64,000 bases of DNA from Hemiscyllium ocellatum (taxonomy: Eukaryota), in assembly GCF_020745735.1 (NCBI RefSeq), contig NC_083416.1:29168543-29232542 (forward strand), given 5' to 3'. Below are positions 61,503 through 64,000 of the stretch, piece after piece (the stretch's first letter is position 1; each line of letters starts with the position of its first letter). The position numbers and the translations under genes were made by a program. The notes beneath the pieces were generated by a model that was given only the letters and a program-made list of their open reading frames with translations, had not been told where the DNA came from and did no database searches.

Positions 61503-63145
61503 AGTATATTTTATTTTAGATAAAGAGCCCAAAACTGTTCATGGAATTTCAATTGTGGTCTGACTAGTGCGTTGTATAATTTTAGCAAAACCTCCTGACT
61601 TATATGCTGTATTCCCATTGAAATAAAGACCAACATTCCATTTGCCTTCCCTATTATCCTTTGAACTTGAATGCTAGGTTTTTGAGATTCATGGACAAGA
61701 AGTCTCAAATTGTGAAAGTGACTTTAACTTCAAAGCCCTGACTTCATTCAAGGAACCAAGACTGTCATCTAGGAGACTGGAAAAACCATGGCAGAAATAT
61801 TCTACCTTTACCTGTAACTAATGTGTGCTTTTGTTGGAGATTGAGTAACACTATACTACTTTGGGGTGAGTGAATGAAAAGAAATGAACATTTTCAAGTC
61901 ACAAAGGCATTTTGCTTCAATAATTTAATTGGGAATCCTCGCTCGGAGATAATCAAAACACAGCTCTAGTTCACGGTACAATGTGATCACGTGCAGTAAT
62001 GTGGACACATTCTGTGAACACACATGCTTATATTTGTAAATGTTGTTTATTGCTTACTTCAAGCTTTAACACCTTTGCTCAGAACAATCCTTTGAATACA
62101 GTAAGTTTCACTGACTGGGCCAGGGATTTTGCCAATCCCTAATTATTCTTGAAGGTGTTGGTGACCAAATTTCTTGTGTCACTGCACTAGGTACTAGGTA
62201 CTATTTGTACTAGGTACACTGACAATTCTATTAGGGAGGGAGTTTCAGGATTTTGCTTGAGTACAACTAAAGGAATGGCGATATATTTCCAAGACAAGAT
62301 GTGGAGTGGATAGGAAGAGGTGGAGTGGCTAGGAAGAGGTGGTGATGTTTCCATATAGCAACATCTCAGCACTGGTCAGGGAAGAGAGTGAAGTCAAATG
62401 AGTTGAGGGACAGGGAGAGTGGAAGGCAGCTCCTAACAACTCATCTCGGTCAATTCCATTTCATACAGTGAAAACCATGCATTGAATAAGGCAGCAACAT
62501 TTTATCAAGAATTTAAATGGTTTATTGAAAATAATTTAAAAATAAAATACTAAATAGGACAAACCTTTCACCTTTCCATTCTGGACCCTTTCTCAGTCCA
62601 GAAACCTGCCTGCACTGAGGAAGAACTCATTTACTTATACAACAATTTTGATAATGGTTTCATGGTCATTACAGTCTAAATTCCTGATTTTTATTAATTA
62701 AGCTTCACCATTTGCTATAATTGAATTCAAATCTGGGTCCCAGACAAAATCTGAGTTTTTGGATTATTTGTCCAGCATCAATATGGCTTCATTGTTTCCA
62801 ATAAAGCGTGGCCAACCTTCAGATTGTCCCATTTTTACCTCCTGACAGAATGCAAAAGATGTACATTTGATAACCTAGTTTGACTGCGTTCTTAATGCAC
62901 CATCCTTGATTGGATTGGGATTTGAACCTTGAGTTTATAGCTCAGATGCAGGGATGCTACCCATTGCATGACATCTGTTAATAACTCAGCTCTTTTTCTA
63001 ATTTTAGATATCCACCATCTAGTTGACAACTTTCCAAATTAACAATGAACAAACTACAAACACTGCTCGCTAGGGACAATGTAAAAAACTCAGCTTAAAT
63101 ATACAAGTCAAATAATCACCACCTGATCTCAATGAGCTCTAGAGT

Positions 63146-63225
63146 TGATTTGGAAGTTGCGGTGTTGGACTGGGGTGGACACAGTTAAAAATCACACAAC
63201 ACCAGGTTATAGTCCAACAGGTTTA
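63146..63225 (-). mobile_element. Family 3 PLE terminal-repeat fragment
   Basis: Matches the terminal 80 bp of 50839 and 21232. Confidence 0.75.
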
Positions 63226-63379
63226 GAGGGGAGCCTCGATTATCTGAACGAGATGGGTGGGCACCACTTCGGTCGGATAATTGATTATTTGGTTAATCAA
63301 TTAAATAAAGTCTGGTTGAAGATTTGTAGCTCGGGTGTCCGTTGTTGTGGTTCTGTTCGCCGAGCTGGAAGTTTTTGCT

Positions 63380-63419
63380 GCAAACGTTTCGTTCCCTGGC
63401 TAGGGAACATCATCAGTGC
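63380..63419 (-). ncRNA. Minimal hammerhead ribozyme motif (mirror copy)
   Basis: Exact reverse complement of 63532-63571. Confidence 0.78.
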
Positions 63420-63531
63420 TATTGGAGCCTCCTGTGAAGCGCTGCTTTGATGTTTCTTCCGGTATTTATAGTGGAAATACTATAAATACCGGAAGAAACA
63501 TCAAAGCAGCGCTTCACAGGAGGCTCCAATA

Positions 63532-63571
63532 GCACTGATGATGTTCCCTAGCCAGGGAACGAAACGTTTGC
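63532..63571 (+). ncRNA. Minimal type I hammerhead ribozyme motif, intact (GUU triplet; predicted cut after 63568)
   Basis: GCA-CTGATGA-T-GTTCCCT(agcc)AGGGAAC-GAAA-CG-TT-TGC; perfect 7-bp stem II. Confidence 0.8.
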
Positions 63572-64000
63572 AGCAAAAACTTCCAGCTCGGCGAACAGAA
63601 CCACAACAATCAATTAAGTGCCTTTTCTCTGGGGCTCAGAGTTTTTACAGTCTGCTCCCAATTCAGGAGACTGCAGCAGCACACAGCATGCAAGACCCCA
63701 CACCCAACGCTGTCCCTGCCCGCCATCCATGCCAGCTGGCCCCCAATCCGGTCCAATACTGACCCTGCTCCCAACTCCGGCCAACCCCGACCCCCCCAAC
63801 CTGGTGCAACACTGTCCCCCTGCCCTCACCCCCCCCAAATCCTGTCCAACACCCCCCGCCCCTCAAACCCAATCCAACACTGCCCACCCCACCCCCGTCT
63901 GCCCCCCCCCCACCCCAGTCTGCCCCTGCACCTTCTCCAGGGCAGCTGGACTGTACACCAACAAGACTGCTGCTGCTGCTGCATTTGTGGCGTAAGTCTC

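Larger units (their letters stand above)
63305..63609. mobile_element. Very young fold-back Poseidon-type terminal-repeat element (perfect 131-bp inverted repeat)
   Basis: 63342-63472 is the exact reverse complement of 63479-63609, with a 6-nt spacer; flanking direct repeat AATCAATTAA (63295-63304, 63608-63617). Confidence 0.92.
63226..64000. mobile_element. Possible Tc1/pogo-type non-autonomous element hosting the palindromic insertion; runs off the window
   Basis: Starts with TIR-like gagcctcgattatctgaac..cggataattga; C-rich degenerate repeats downstream. Confidence 0.35.

Noticed and set aside
63618-63995. Pro-rich 125-aa ORF
   Set aside because: Low-complexity C-rich repeat interior with a non-ATG start.

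Overview
Vertebrate genomic DNA, most likely from a cartilaginous fish (shark), inferred from HE1/V-SINE-type SINEs and the CR1 and Penelope repeat mix. The only host protein-coding gene I can support is an intronless-CDS dopamine D1 receptor (DRD1, minus strand, 26452-27777, 441 aa). It lies in a CpG-retaining, repeat-poor block of about 6 kb. The rest is mostly transposon-derived: many CR1-type LINEs (one young copy with an uninterrupted 677-codon RT ORF, one near full-length copy with an SGNH-esterase ORF1), an L1 relic, a pogo/Tigger derivative, a decayed GalEa-like Copia relic, three HE1 SINEs and many Penelope-like elements (PLEs). The most notable pattern is a set of short, TSD-flanked fold-back PLE derivatives whose inverted arms each carry a minimal type I hammerhead ribozyme motif (CUGANGA-stem II-GAAA, loopless palindromic stem III). 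At least three motif families are present, with GUC, GUU and CUA cleavage triplets. Examples include a perfect 131-bp palindrome with back-to-back TATA boxes (63342-63609), a PLE nested in another PLE's terminal repeat, and one fold-back element that appears to have captured about 190 bp of nearby DNA. All calls were made by eye, and boundaries of decayed repeats are approximate.
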